DNA of 64,000 nt, taken from contig CAJXDY010000008.1 in the NCBI GenBank assembly GCA_913052135.1, forward strand, positions 161 through 64,160, given 5' to 3'. Under the pieces are notes generated by a model. It was not told the origin of the DNA, made no database searches, and worked only from the letters and a program-made list of their open reading frames with translations. Source of the DNA: an uncultured Acidobacteriota bacterium (GTDB taxonomy: Bacteria; Acidobacteriota; Vicinamibacteria; Vicinamibacterales; UBA823). The first letter of the stretch is position 1; each line of letters starts with the position of its first letter. Position numbers and translations under genes: made by a program. This document shows, one piece after another, positions 18,919-27,215 of this stretch.

Positions 18919-19695
18919 GTGTCAAATGATATGCGGAAGCGTACTATCCACTGCGTTGGCTTGGTAACTACCGCACTCATGACAGTGAGTGTCACGGTGT
19001 CTGCACAAGAAGGGAGTTCAGTTGTGGAGGCATCGGGGCGTCCCGCTGCAGATACGATATCTGATTTCCGTGCCTACGAACCTCTTGACGTTTCCACGCA
19101 AGTTCGTTGGTGGCGTAATTCCTCAGCACGCACCGAACAGAGTCCTTCAACGAAGCAGTCGTGTTCGGCCTGCGGTTTCGTCCTTGGTGTGGGCTTGGGA
19201 TTTGTCGCGCACGAGAGTGGTCACCTTCTAGCCAATGGAGTATTGGGCACTGATGTGTATTTCAAAAAGGTAACAGCCGCTGGGCTCCCGTTTTTCGCGA
19301 TTGCCCACCGGGAGGTGTTATCACAGCGACAGGAATTCGCAGTGTCGTCGGCAGGCTTCTTGGCTCAGTTTTCGGCTGTTGAATGGGTGCTTACACGGGC
19401 ACCGGAACTGAGGCATCGACCGGCTTCCGTGAGTAAAGGTGTGCTGGCGTTTCATCTTGGGACTTCGGTCATGTACGGCATCGCCGGCTTGGGACACTTG
19501 GGACCCTTAGAACGGGACACACGAGGAATGGCGACGAGTCTTGGGATCGATGAACAGTGGGTTGGTGTCGCCGTGTTGGCGCCGGCGATACTGGACACTT
19601 ATCGATATTTTCGTCCTTCGTCAAAATGGGCGCGGTGGGCCAGTCGCATCTCCAAGATCGTAATTCTCATTCCGTTATTCACTTACTTATCATAA
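18919..19695 (+). CDS. Hypothetical polytopic membrane protein with an HExxH motif at a membrane-helix edge
   Basis: 258-aa ORF with an N-terminal signal/anchor and several hydrophobic segments, and GFVAHESGHLLANG (HExxH). I recognise no family. Confidence 0.4.
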   Translation: MSNDMRKRTIHCVGLVTTALMTVSVTVSAQEGSSVVEASGRPAADTISDFRAYEPLDVSTQVRWWRNSSARTEQSPSTKQSCSACGFVLGVGLGFVAHESGHLLANGVLGTDVYFKKVTAAGLPFFAIAHREVLSQRQEFAVSSAGFLAQFSAVEWVLTRAPELRHRPASVSKGVLAFHLGTSVMYGIAGLGHLGPLERDTRGMATSLGIDEQWVGVAVLAPAILDTYRYFRPSSKWARWASRISKIVILIPLFTYLS

Positions 19696-19761
19696 AAAGG
19701 TCGGAGTAGAATCGAGTCCTCGTCGGGCCGTTGGTTTGCGACACAGAAAGGATGTGGCAGG

Positions 19762-20226
19762 ATGACCGAAGCGATTGATCAGTTGGTGGAACGGTACGAG
19801 TCGAGACAGTTAACCCGGCGACAGTTGGTACAGGCTCTTGGCGTCTTGGTCGCAGCCAGTCGGCCCGCTTCGGCCAAGCAGTCGCCATTCCATGGCGTAT
19901 CGCTGAATCACACTTCACTTGCCGTGTCTGATGTGGCCCGCGCCCAGGCGTTTTATCAGGACTTACTGGGTCTTGATGTAGTGAGCCGACAGGCAAACGG
20001 CGTGAATCTCGGTCTTGGAAGTAGTTTTCTGGGACTGTATCAGATCGATCCACCTGGACATACGCATCATTGCTGTATTGGTGTCGAGGATTTCGATCTT
20101 GAACAGGCGGCGGACACGCTACGCCAGCACGAACTGGAGCCCTCCTTCAATCGTGGCGTGGAAGTGTATTTCAGGGATCCGGATGGAACTCTGGTGCAAC
20201 TCTCAGCCAAGGATTATCGGGGATAG
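19762..20226 (+). CDS. VOC-family (glyoxalase/bleomycin resistance/dioxygenase) protein with a Tat-like signal
   Basis: 154-aa ORF. It has SRQLTRRQLVQALGVLVAASRPASA, followed by a VOC beta-alpha-beta-beta-beta core (LNHTSLAVSDVARAQAFYQDLLGL ... HHCCIGVEDFD ... YFRDPDGTLVQL). Confidence 0.7.
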   Translation: MTEAIDQLVERYESRQLTRRQLVQALGVLVAASRPASAKQSPFHGVSLNHTSLAVSDVARAQAFYQDLLGLDVVSRQANGVNLGLGSSFLGLYQIDPPGHTHHCCIGVEDFDLEQAADTLRQHELEPSFNRGVEVYFRDPDGTLVQLSAKDYRG

Positions 20227-20236
20227 GTGATAGGCG

Positions 20237-20998
20237 ATGAAGCAGATGAAGCAAGGAATCATGCCCAAGCTAACGCGTCGCGAATGGTTTGAAACTGCCA
20301 CCACCGTTGCAGGCAGTCTTCTGGCGCCGTCAGTGTACGGAGCAGATCTGGTGCGAGGACAGCGCACGCCGTCCGTCCCGGATGTGGATCATTTGATCTG
20401 GGGTGTCGCGGACTTGGAGGCCGGTATTGATCACTTGGAGCGGTTGACCGGGGCGCGGGCGGCGGTCGGGGGGAGTCATCCGAATCGCGGAACCCGGAAC
20501 GGCATCTTGGCGCTCGGTACACGGCAGTACATCGAAATCTTGGCTCCGGACCCGCAGCAGCCGCACATAGCAACACCGCGCGTGACGTTGCTTAAACAAC
20601 TCCAGACGCCTCGGCTGATGACGTGGTGTGCGCTTGGTCAAGACGTCGACGCACTCGCAAGGCAGGTACACGGGGCTGGGGAAACGGTCGACGAAATTCG
20701 AGACGGTGCGAGGGAACGGCCGGATGGGGTGGTGCTGCGTTGGCGAAATTTATATATCGCCGGTCACCAGGGTGACGTCATTCCATATGTCATCGAATGG
20801 GGTACGGGGGTGCCACATCCGAGTGGCGATGCACCGCAAGGCGGTACGCTCCAGTTACTTACACTGCACCATCCTGAGGCCGATCGGATGAATGTCTTAC
20901 TGGAAGCCTTGGGACTGTCTCTACGGGTCGAGTCTGGGCCGACGGCACAACTCACCGCGCAACTGGATACTCCACTCGGCAGGGTTGTCCTCGAGTAG
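20237..20998 (+). CDS. Tat-exported glyoxalase-like (VOC, Glyoxalase_3-type) protein
   Basis: 253-aa ORF with the signal KLTRREWFETATTVAGSLLAP and the block DHLIWGVADLEAGIDHLERLTGARAAVGGSHPNRGTRNGILALGTRQYIEILAPDP, typical of the glyoxalase-like domain family. Confidence 0.65.
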   Translation: MKQMKQGIMPKLTRREWFETATTVAGSLLAPSVYGADLVRGQRTPSVPDVDHLIWGVADLEAGIDHLERLTGARAAVGGSHPNRGTRNGILALGTRQYIEILAPDPQQPHIATPRVTLLKQLQTPRLMTWCALGQDVDALARQVHGAGETVDEIRDGARERPDGVVLRWRNLYIAGHQGDVIPYVIEWGTGVPHPSGDAPQGGTLQLLTLHHPEADRMNVLLEALGLSLRVESGPTAQLTAQLDTPLGRVVLE

Positions 20999-21048
20999 CC
21001 GCGCGGCGTCGGCGAGCGTCGGGCAGTGTGGATGCTGTCACTCGTGGA

Positions 21049-22191
21049 TTACACCCACCCTTTTTGTCGAAACATTCGCAGTGCATCCGTGAACCGTTCC
21101 AATTCCTCGGGAGTGGCCGAGAGGGAGAGGCGGTTAAATGATGCCAGGGGTGGAAAAGCTCGACCGACGAGGATGTCCTGTTCTTGCATGCGGCGTTGGT
21201 ACGCACTATGGTCCCCACGGATCTCATGAAACAGAAATGCGGTGTGGCTTGGAAAGTACTTCAGTTCGAGTTCATCGAGACAGGTCGTGACTACCTCACG
21301 GCATTGTGCCCAAATGCGCAGGCTCTTGGCGGTCCAGGTTGCATCCTCCAGTGCGGCGAGCGCGGCGGCAAGGCCTAGCATGTTGGGGCGGCTGTGATTG
21401 GCAAACTGTTCCAGACGCTGGGCGGTGCTGGCTGCGCACAGACCGTATCCGACCCGCAATCCGGCCATCCCGTAGAGTTTTGAGAAGGTGCGCAATACCA
21501 ATACGTTTGAATGTGTCTGCACCCACTTGTCAGCTGACCAGTAGCTGGGGTCATTAACGAACGGGAAGTAGGCTTCGTCGATGATAAAAAAGACATTATC
21601 CTGGGCCGAGGCGATCCACTCGTCGACAGCAGCACTGGGCGTAAGGGTGCCAGTCGGGTTATGAGGATTACAGATGTACACCAGTGTCGGCTCCTGCCAT
21701 CGTGCAGCCATCGCACTCATCCGGTCAATATCGTGTGCGGAGTCGCTGGTTAACGCGACTTTTTCCAGGTGGTAGGGAAATGGCTCACCGTACTCCATCG
21801 CATTTTCATAAGTTGGGTCCGCCTGGAGGATACGACTCTCGGGTGACGCATACGCCTGGACCGCACAGCGAATTAATTCAGTCGAGCCAGCTCCCAGAAT
21901 GACTTGCTCATCACTGAGTCCATGGAGTGCTGCCAGGCGCGCTCGGAGTTGACCCCGTCGCGCACGCGGATAATGCGGCACTTCCGCGAGCGTCTCGAGG
22001 ATTGCCGTTCGGGCGGTTGGCGGCAGGCCCAACGGATTGGAATTGTGATTTAACTGCAGGATACGGCGACCGGTTGCTTGGTTCCAGGTCTTGTGCACGA
22101 CGGCTTCAGAATCCGCAAATGTCTGGTTCGTGGACACAGTGAGTGCTGCCCAGGCACTGGTTCCCGTCGTCAAAAATGCTCGTCGGTCCAC
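21049..22191 (-). CDS. Tat-signal-bearing class I/II PLP aminotransferase, histidinol-phosphate aminotransferase (HisC)-like
   Basis: 380-aa ORF. The signal is MDRRAFLTTGTSAWAALTV. HisC-type blocks are NHNSNPLG, ICNPHNPTG, IIDEAYFPF and LRTFSKLYGMAGLRVGYG (PLP lysine). Confidence 0.85.
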   Translation of the reverse strand: MDRRAFLTTGTSAWAALTVSTNQTFADSEAVVHKTWNQATGRRILQLNHNSNPLGLPPTARTAILETLAEVPHYPRARRGQLRARLAALHGLSDEQVILGAGSTELIRCAVQAYASPESRILQADPTYENAMEYGEPFPYHLEKVALTSDSAHDIDRMSAMAARWQEPTLVYICNPHNPTGTLTPSAAVDEWIASAQDNVFFIIDEAYFPFVNDPSYWSADKWVQTHSNVLVLRTFSKLYGMAGLRVGYGLCAASTAQRLEQFANHSRPNMLGLAAALAALEDATWTAKSLRIWAQCREVVTTCLDELELKYFPSHTAFLFHEIRGDHSAYQRRMQEQDILVGRAFPPLASFNRLSLSATPEELERFTDALRMFRQKGWV

Positions 22192-22200
22192 GGTGTCTCC

Positions 22201-22686
22201 TTAGGGTTGAATCGGATTGACGGCCACGTAGTCGTTGGCCAGTTTGTCCACTTGGTTGAGCACGTCGCTGAGGATCGTCGGCAGCCGTGCGGCGCTCACT
22301 CTGCCCAGTGCCGCAATCGACCAGATAGTCGCAATTGCCACTTGGCCAGTTTCAACAATCGTCACGGATGTGTTCACTTGTAGGTCAATGCTGTAGGCGT
22401 ACAGGTCTTCATTAATCGCAAAGGAATTAACGTTTAAATAAATGTAAGGGTCGGCCGTCTTGCTGAGTGACATGCCATGCTCGTCGAGGCGGTCTTCGAC
22501 CACCGTTTGCAGCATCGCGTGAGTCAGTTGGCCGCGTTCCAGTTCAGGTTGGAGGTTTTCAATAATGAGATCAAGGGGTCCAATACCTTTGAGATTATCG
22601 CGCTCACTGTTCTGCGCCGTCGTCGTGGGATTGGCGGCCACGAGGATCGCGATCGTGGTGAGTGTGATAAGCAGTTGTCGATGCAT
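22201..22686 (-). CDS. Hypothetical secreted protein
   Basis: 161-aa ORF with signal peptide MHRQLLITLTTIAILVAANPTTTAQ. It is wedged between GH127 (41-nt gap) and the aminotransferase (9-nt gap). I recognise no family. Confidence 0.5.
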   Translation of the reverse strand: MHRQLLITLTTIAILVAANPTTTAQNSERDNLKGIGPLDLIIENLQPELERGQLTHAMLQTVVEDRLDEHGMSLSKTADPYIYLNVNSFAINEDLYAYSIDLQVNTSVTIVETGQVAIATIWSIAALGRVSAARLPTILSDVLNQVDKLANDYVAVNPIQP

Positions 22687-22727
22687 AACAAGCCTGTGTC
22701 AGGTGCTGACTCGTTCGTTGCGATTCG

Positions 22728-25181
22728 CTATGTGACACGCCATTCGATAAGCCCAAATTCTCGCCATTCGATGTCTTCGTCGAGAAACAGCGCTCCGGGC
22801 GGACCGATGTCACCTACCTTGTATGATTCTGTCTGCGGTTCAACCTCGAGACGGACGGCCGTTGTGGTTACGGGGTCAAAGGTTACTGTGCTAAAGGTAT
22901 CGTGTGCGACAGTGTACGCGTCCCGGGTGGCGACTGGGTGCCACCGGTCCTCGTGCCGATAGAGAATACGCCACGAGGACGGAAACTTACAGAACCGCTT
23001 ATCGTCGAACCAATAGGTTTCTGCCGAGGAGATTTCGGTCGGCTGTTTAAAGACATACTCCAGCCATGCTGGCTGACCCACCGGCGGTCGCATTCGGAAG
23101 AAACGGTGTGACTGGTCAGCGGAATTGAGCGGCTCACGTCCGTCATACACCGATGCAAGGTCGTCATTCTGATCGTTGTAACCGGTCCAGCCTTTTTGCA
23201 CGCCACCTGAAGTTCGCACCTCGCTGATCTGTTTGGGTGGCAACGGTGGAAGCCAAGCTTGGGTTGGCGTACGAGCCATCCAGACCGCCATTTCACCCAT
23301 TCCGCGATTTGCCCATACGTAGTAAGGAATGGCCGTGAGTTGATGGGGAACCGTGTGAGTCGTCGAGTTGCTGTTGTCACGACGTTCGATTGCTTGCACG
23401 GGGCCGGAGATGACTTGGATGCCTTCCAGCAGATTTGGTCGGAACTCCGTATCGAGCTCGGCGTCATCGGGCACCACAATATTAAGGGCCCGCCCGCCAT
23501 TATCCGGCCACTCGGCGCAGTACACGAGCGGCCCTCGTTGCAAGGCAACGCGATCCCGGTCGTCCTCAACGTTTGGGTGGGCCACAACCTGGCGCACCGG
23601 CATCGGCAGATCCAATTCAATGAGATCCTCAGCGTTCCACGTGCGGTCGAGTCTGATGTAACCGTGCTCCACGACCAGTGGCACAGGGTCTCCATTAAGA
23701 CGAACGGTCGGCGGGGTGGGGGTGTCACCAATGAACTGATAGAGATCTCCTGGCATGACCGTGTCGCCAGTCCATCCAGGAATCCGCAGGTGGACGGTGA
23801 ACCTCGTGGCACTCTCGGGATCGACATGGAGGGCGACCTGGCCGTCCCAGGGATACCGGGTATCCTGGCGGAGAGTCACGGTTGTTTCATTGAGCGTCAC
23901 CTGTGTTGTGCTGTCGACGAATAAGTTGACGTACAACTCATTCGACGGTCCGCTGGCGTAGATGTATTCGCCGACTGACGCCACCATGCGGACGACGTTG
24001 GGAGGACAACACGGCACATTAATCCATTCAAAGCGTTCGTATTCACCAAACGACTTCAGAGGATTCTGGTAGAAGAAGCGGTCACCTTGAAGATTAACAC
24101 CTACCAGCAGGGCGTTGTAGAGCACCCGTTCCATCACGTCGATGTACTTGGCGTCCTTGTCACGGAGGAACAGGCGATGATTCCAGACGACCATTCCGTA
24201 AGCCGCGCAGGTTTCGTTCCAGGCACTTAAGTTGGGTAATTCGTAGGCTTCACCAAATTGCTCATGGAAGCGGATGGAGCCAATGCCACCCGTGAGATAG
24301 GTCTTGTAATGGATCGTATCGCGCCAGATAGCGTTAACAGCGTCGTTGTACGCATCGCTTTGAGCCAATGTGCCGATATCGGTCATTGGAATGTAGAGGA
24401 AGGTAGCTCGCACGCAGTGACCCACCGCTTCAGTTTGCTCGATGACTGGAGCGTGATCTTGTGCCATTGTGCGGTCGCGGGCATATTCCCCGAGCCGTTC
24501 GTAATCTTCTTTTCCGCGCTCGTCCGCAAAAAACTTTGCAAGTTTCCAGTACCGGTCGTCTCCGGTATTGCGATAGAGTGCGATGAGGCCCATCTTCAAG
24601 CCTTGGTGACCCGAAATGTATGTGTCTTTTTCAGGTCCGTACCCCTGATCAATCTGGTCGGCGGCTTTTAGTGCCGCTTCTAAAATTTGCCGTTTCCCTG
24701 TCGCTTTGTAATACGCGGTCGCAGCCTCGAGAAAATGTCCGGACACCCGAATTGCTTGGTCGGGGCTCTCTAGTCGGCTGTCAAGAAACGCCAACATTTC
24801 GTTGATGGTTCCGTCAATGGAGGTTTCCAGTTGTTGATCCGGTCGGTCGGTCAACATGTACGCAGCCGCTTCCACCAGTTTTGCAACATTAAACACGCTT
24901 CCGCTCTCAAACCTGACCAAGCAGTAGTCGAGTGACACGTTCCGGTTTGCTTCCATCCGCGGGCGCCAAAATGAATCGGTGATTGTGACTTGATCAAGCG
25001 GAACGGCCTGAACGCTGTAATTTTCGACTGTTTGCAGCGTCGGGATGACGGACACGCCGTTCGTCTTTACCAACCGTTTGTTCGTCTCAGCGTACCCAAG
25101 GGTGCGACCAGCGGGGGGCAGGGTAATCAGTCCCATGGCCGCTGCGGCCTGAAGAAAACGTCGGCGATCGATCGAACTCAT
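22728..25181 (-). CDS. Tat-exported glycoside hydrolase family 127 (DUF1680, beta-L-arabinofuranosidase-like) with a C-terminal beta-sandwich extension
   Basis: ATG 25181 gives MSSIDRRRFLQAAAAMGL. The (alpha/alpha)6-type core includes INVPCCPPNVVRM, the Cys-Cys zinc/nucleophile region of GH127. About 120 aa at the C-terminus look like a galactose-binding-like domain. Confidence 0.8.
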   Translation of the reverse strand: MSSIDRRRFLQAAAAMGLITLPPAGRTLGYAETNKRLVKTNGVSVIPTLQTVENYSVQAVPLDQVTITDSFWRPRMEANRNVSLDYCLVRFESGSVFNVAKLVEAAAYMLTDRPDQQLETSIDGTINEMLAFLDSRLESPDQAIRVSGHFLEAATAYYKATGKRQILEAALKAADQIDQGYGPEKDTYISGHQGLKMGLIALYRNTGDDRYWKLAKFFADERGKEDYERLGEYARDRTMAQDHAPVIEQTEAVGHCVRATFLYIPMTDIGTLAQSDAYNDAVNAIWRDTIHYKTYLTGGIGSIRFHEQFGEAYELPNLSAWNETCAAYGMVVWNHRLFLRDKDAKYIDVMERVLYNALLVGVNLQGDRFFYQNPLKSFGEYERFEWINVPCCPPNVVRMVASVGEYIYASGPSNELYVNLFVDSTTQVTLNETTVTLRQDTRYPWDGQVALHVDPESATRFTVHLRIPGWTGDTVMPGDLYQFIGDTPTPPTVRLNGDPVPLVVEHGYIRLDRTWNAEDLIELDLPMPVRQVVAHPNVEDDRDRVALQRGPLVYCAEWPDNGGRALNIVVPDDAELDTEFRPNLLEGIQVISGPVQAIERRDNSNSTTHTVPHQLTAIPYYVWANRGMGEMAVWMARTPTQAWLPPLPPKQISEVRTSGGVQKGWTGYNDQNDDLASVYDGREPLNSADQSHRFFRMRPPVGQPAWLEYVFKQPTEISSAETYWFDDKRFCKFPSSWRILYRHEDRWHPVATRDAYTVAHDTFSTVTFDPVTTTAVRLEVEPQTESYKVGDIGPPGALFLDEDIEWREFGLIEWRVT

Positions 25182-25325
25182 ATCACTTCTCCTTAAGAGG
25201 CAGCGCAGGTTCACGGCCTTGCGATGTGCCAATCCTACGTGTCTGCGGCAGCGTCGTCAAACGAACGTGCATTGCATGTAATAGAAATCTTAGATAGTGT
25301 CTTTTGCAGGGTGAAGGAGATCGAA

Positions 25326-27215
25326 ATGCGTCATGCAAAACAGATAGGCCAGGCGGTAGTTGGAGCGCTCGTGGCGATGGTGTTGACGGGGACGATAGCG
25401 CGGAGTCAACCTGTAGATCCGGCTTTCGATGTCAGGCTGCACTATGACAAAGCCGACTACATGGTGCCCATGCGCGATGGAACGCGCCTCTTCACGATTG
25501 TCTACACGCCGAAAGATACGTCGAAAATCTATCCGATTTTGTTGGTGCGTACCCCGTACTCGATTCCACCATACGGGCCTGACGAATATCGCGACGTGTT
25601 GGGACCCTCAACAGAGTTCGACCGCGACGGGTACATTTTTGCCTTTCAGGACGTTCGAGGAAAATTTCGGTCGGAAGGGGAGTTCCAGGTGATCAAACCC
25701 TTACGAACTGATGAGACCGGTGTGGACGAGAGTACCGATAATTACGATACGATCGAATGGCTGCTCCAACACATACCGAATCACAATGGGCGGGTTGGCC
25801 AATGGGGAATTTCGTATTCCGGTTGGCAAACGGTGATGGGCATGATTGGCGCGCATCCGGCCTTAGCCGCATCGTCACCCCAGGCTTCTCCATCCGACAT
25901 GTTTATTGGCGATGACTGGCATCACAATGGGGCCTTCCGCTTGATGTATGCGTTTGCATGGTTGTCTCGAAACGCCGCTGTGCGATCGGGTCAGACGGAA
26001 CAGTTCAACTCACGATTCGATTATGGTACGAACTGGGGTTACCGATTCTTTCTGGACGCCGGGACGTTAGCCGACATTACGGAGCGGTACTTTCAGGATC
26101 GTGTGCCGGCGTGGACCGAGTTTATGGAGCACGGGACATACGACAAATATTGGCAGCAGCAAAATGCTCTCCTCTTTCTCGATGACATTGATCATCCGAT
26201 CTTAAACGTGGCGGGCTGGTTTGATGCCGAAGATTTTTATGGACCGATGTCGATCTATTACACACTGGAAGCCTCCAATCCAGATAACCGCAGCACGCTA
26301 GTCGTTGGACCCTGGCTCCATGGCGGGTGGCGCAGCATGGATGGTGACGTGCTCGGTTGCGTCGAGTTTGAGTCGAAGACCTCCCATTATTTTCAACGGA
26401 ACGTCCAGCATCCCTTTTTCAATTACTACCTCAAGGATGAAGGACCTTGGGCCTCGACTAGCGCTGAGGCCATAGTGTTCGAAACCGGATCGAATGTCTG
26501 GGAAACCTATGATACGTGGCCCCCGGCAGGGACTGAGTCGGCGGCCTTGTACTTTCACCCGAATGGTCGCCTCTCTTTTGAGCCGCCCACCGATTCATCA
26601 GGTGATGCGTACGATGAGTATGTGAGTGATCCGGCTAAGCCAGTCCCGTTTTCGTCAGAGATCCGTACTACCCAAGGTCATGAGTGGATGATTGAGGATC
26701 AGCGCTTTGCTTCGACACGACCCGATGTTCTTGTTTACCAAACCGAGGTGCTGACCGAAGACGTGACCCTGGCTGGTCCGATCCTTGCCACACTGTTTGC
26801 TTCAACAAGCGGAACCGACTCGGATTGGATTGTGAAGTTAATTGACGTCTATCCCGGTGATGCCGTTGGGCAAGCCTGTCCTGTGCCGATGAGTGATTTC
26901 CAGATGCTCTTGGCGGGAGAGGTCTTCCGCGGGAAGTTTCGCAATAGTTATACGACGCCAGAGCCAATGGTGTCGGGTGAGATTACGGAACTTGAGTTCA
27001 GCCTGCGTGATCGCTATCACACCTTTAAGGCGGGACATCGGATCATGGTCCAGGTTCAGAGTACTTGGTTTCCAGTGATCGATCGAAACCCCCAGACCTT
27101 CGTTGATATCTATAAGGCGACCGCGTCCGATTTTCAGGCGAGCACGCAACGAATCTATCGGTCATCGGAACGGGCGTCCCATTTGACAGTCGGGTTGCTC
27201 CCTGGTCACGAATAA
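25326..27215 (+). CDS. Secreted CocE/NonD-family hydrolase (S15 X-Pro dipeptidyl-peptidase-like)
   Basis: ATG 25326 follows GAAGGAG and starts a signal peptide MRHAKQIGQAVVGALVAMVLTG. The nucleophile motif is GQWGISYSGWQ, and a C-terminal jelly-roll domain is typical of CocE/NonD. Confidence 0.85.
   Translation: MRHAKQIGQAVVGALVAMVLTGTIARSQPVDPAFDVRLHYDKADYMVPMRDGTRLFTIVYTPKDTSKIYPILLVRTPYSIPPYGPDEYRDVLGPSTEFDRDGYIFAFQDVRGKFRSEGEFQVIKPLRTDETGVDESTDNYDTIEWLLQHIPNHNGRVGQWGISYSGWQTVMGMIGAHPALAASSPQASPSDMFIGDDWHHNGAFRLMYAFAWLSRNAAVRSGQTEQFNSRFDYGTNWGYRFFLDAGTLADITERYFQDRVPAWTEFMEHGTYDKYWQQQNALLFLDDIDHPILNVAGWFDAEDFYGPMSIYYTLEASNPDNRSTLVVGPWLHGGWRSMDGDVLGCVEFESKTSHYFQRNVQHPFFNYYLKDEGPWASTSAEAIVFETGSNVWETYDTWPPAGTESAALYFHPNGRLSFEPPTDSSGDAYDEYVSDPAKPVPFSSEIRTTQGHEWMIEDQRFASTRPDVLVYQTEVLTEDVTLAGPILATLFASTSGTDSDWIVKLIDVYPGDAVGQACPVPMSDFQMLLAGEVFRGKFRNSYTTPEPMVSGEITELEFSLRDRYHTFKAGHRIMVQVQSTWFPVIDRNPQTFVDIYKATASDFQASTQRIYRSSERASHLTVGLLPGHE

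Noticed and set aside
22883-23924. 314-aa (-) and 221-aa (+) ORFs in alternative frames inside the GH127 gene
   Set aside because: Both are shadow ORFs of an 800+ aa gene with clear family motifs. Their translations are Arg/Pro/Ser-rich with no domains.
25265-25279. Imperfect palindrome acgtgcattgcatgt in the divergent GH127 / CocE promoter region
   Set aside because: It matches at 12 of 15 positions, occurs only once, and has no cognate regulator nearby. It could be an operator, but the evidence is insufficient.
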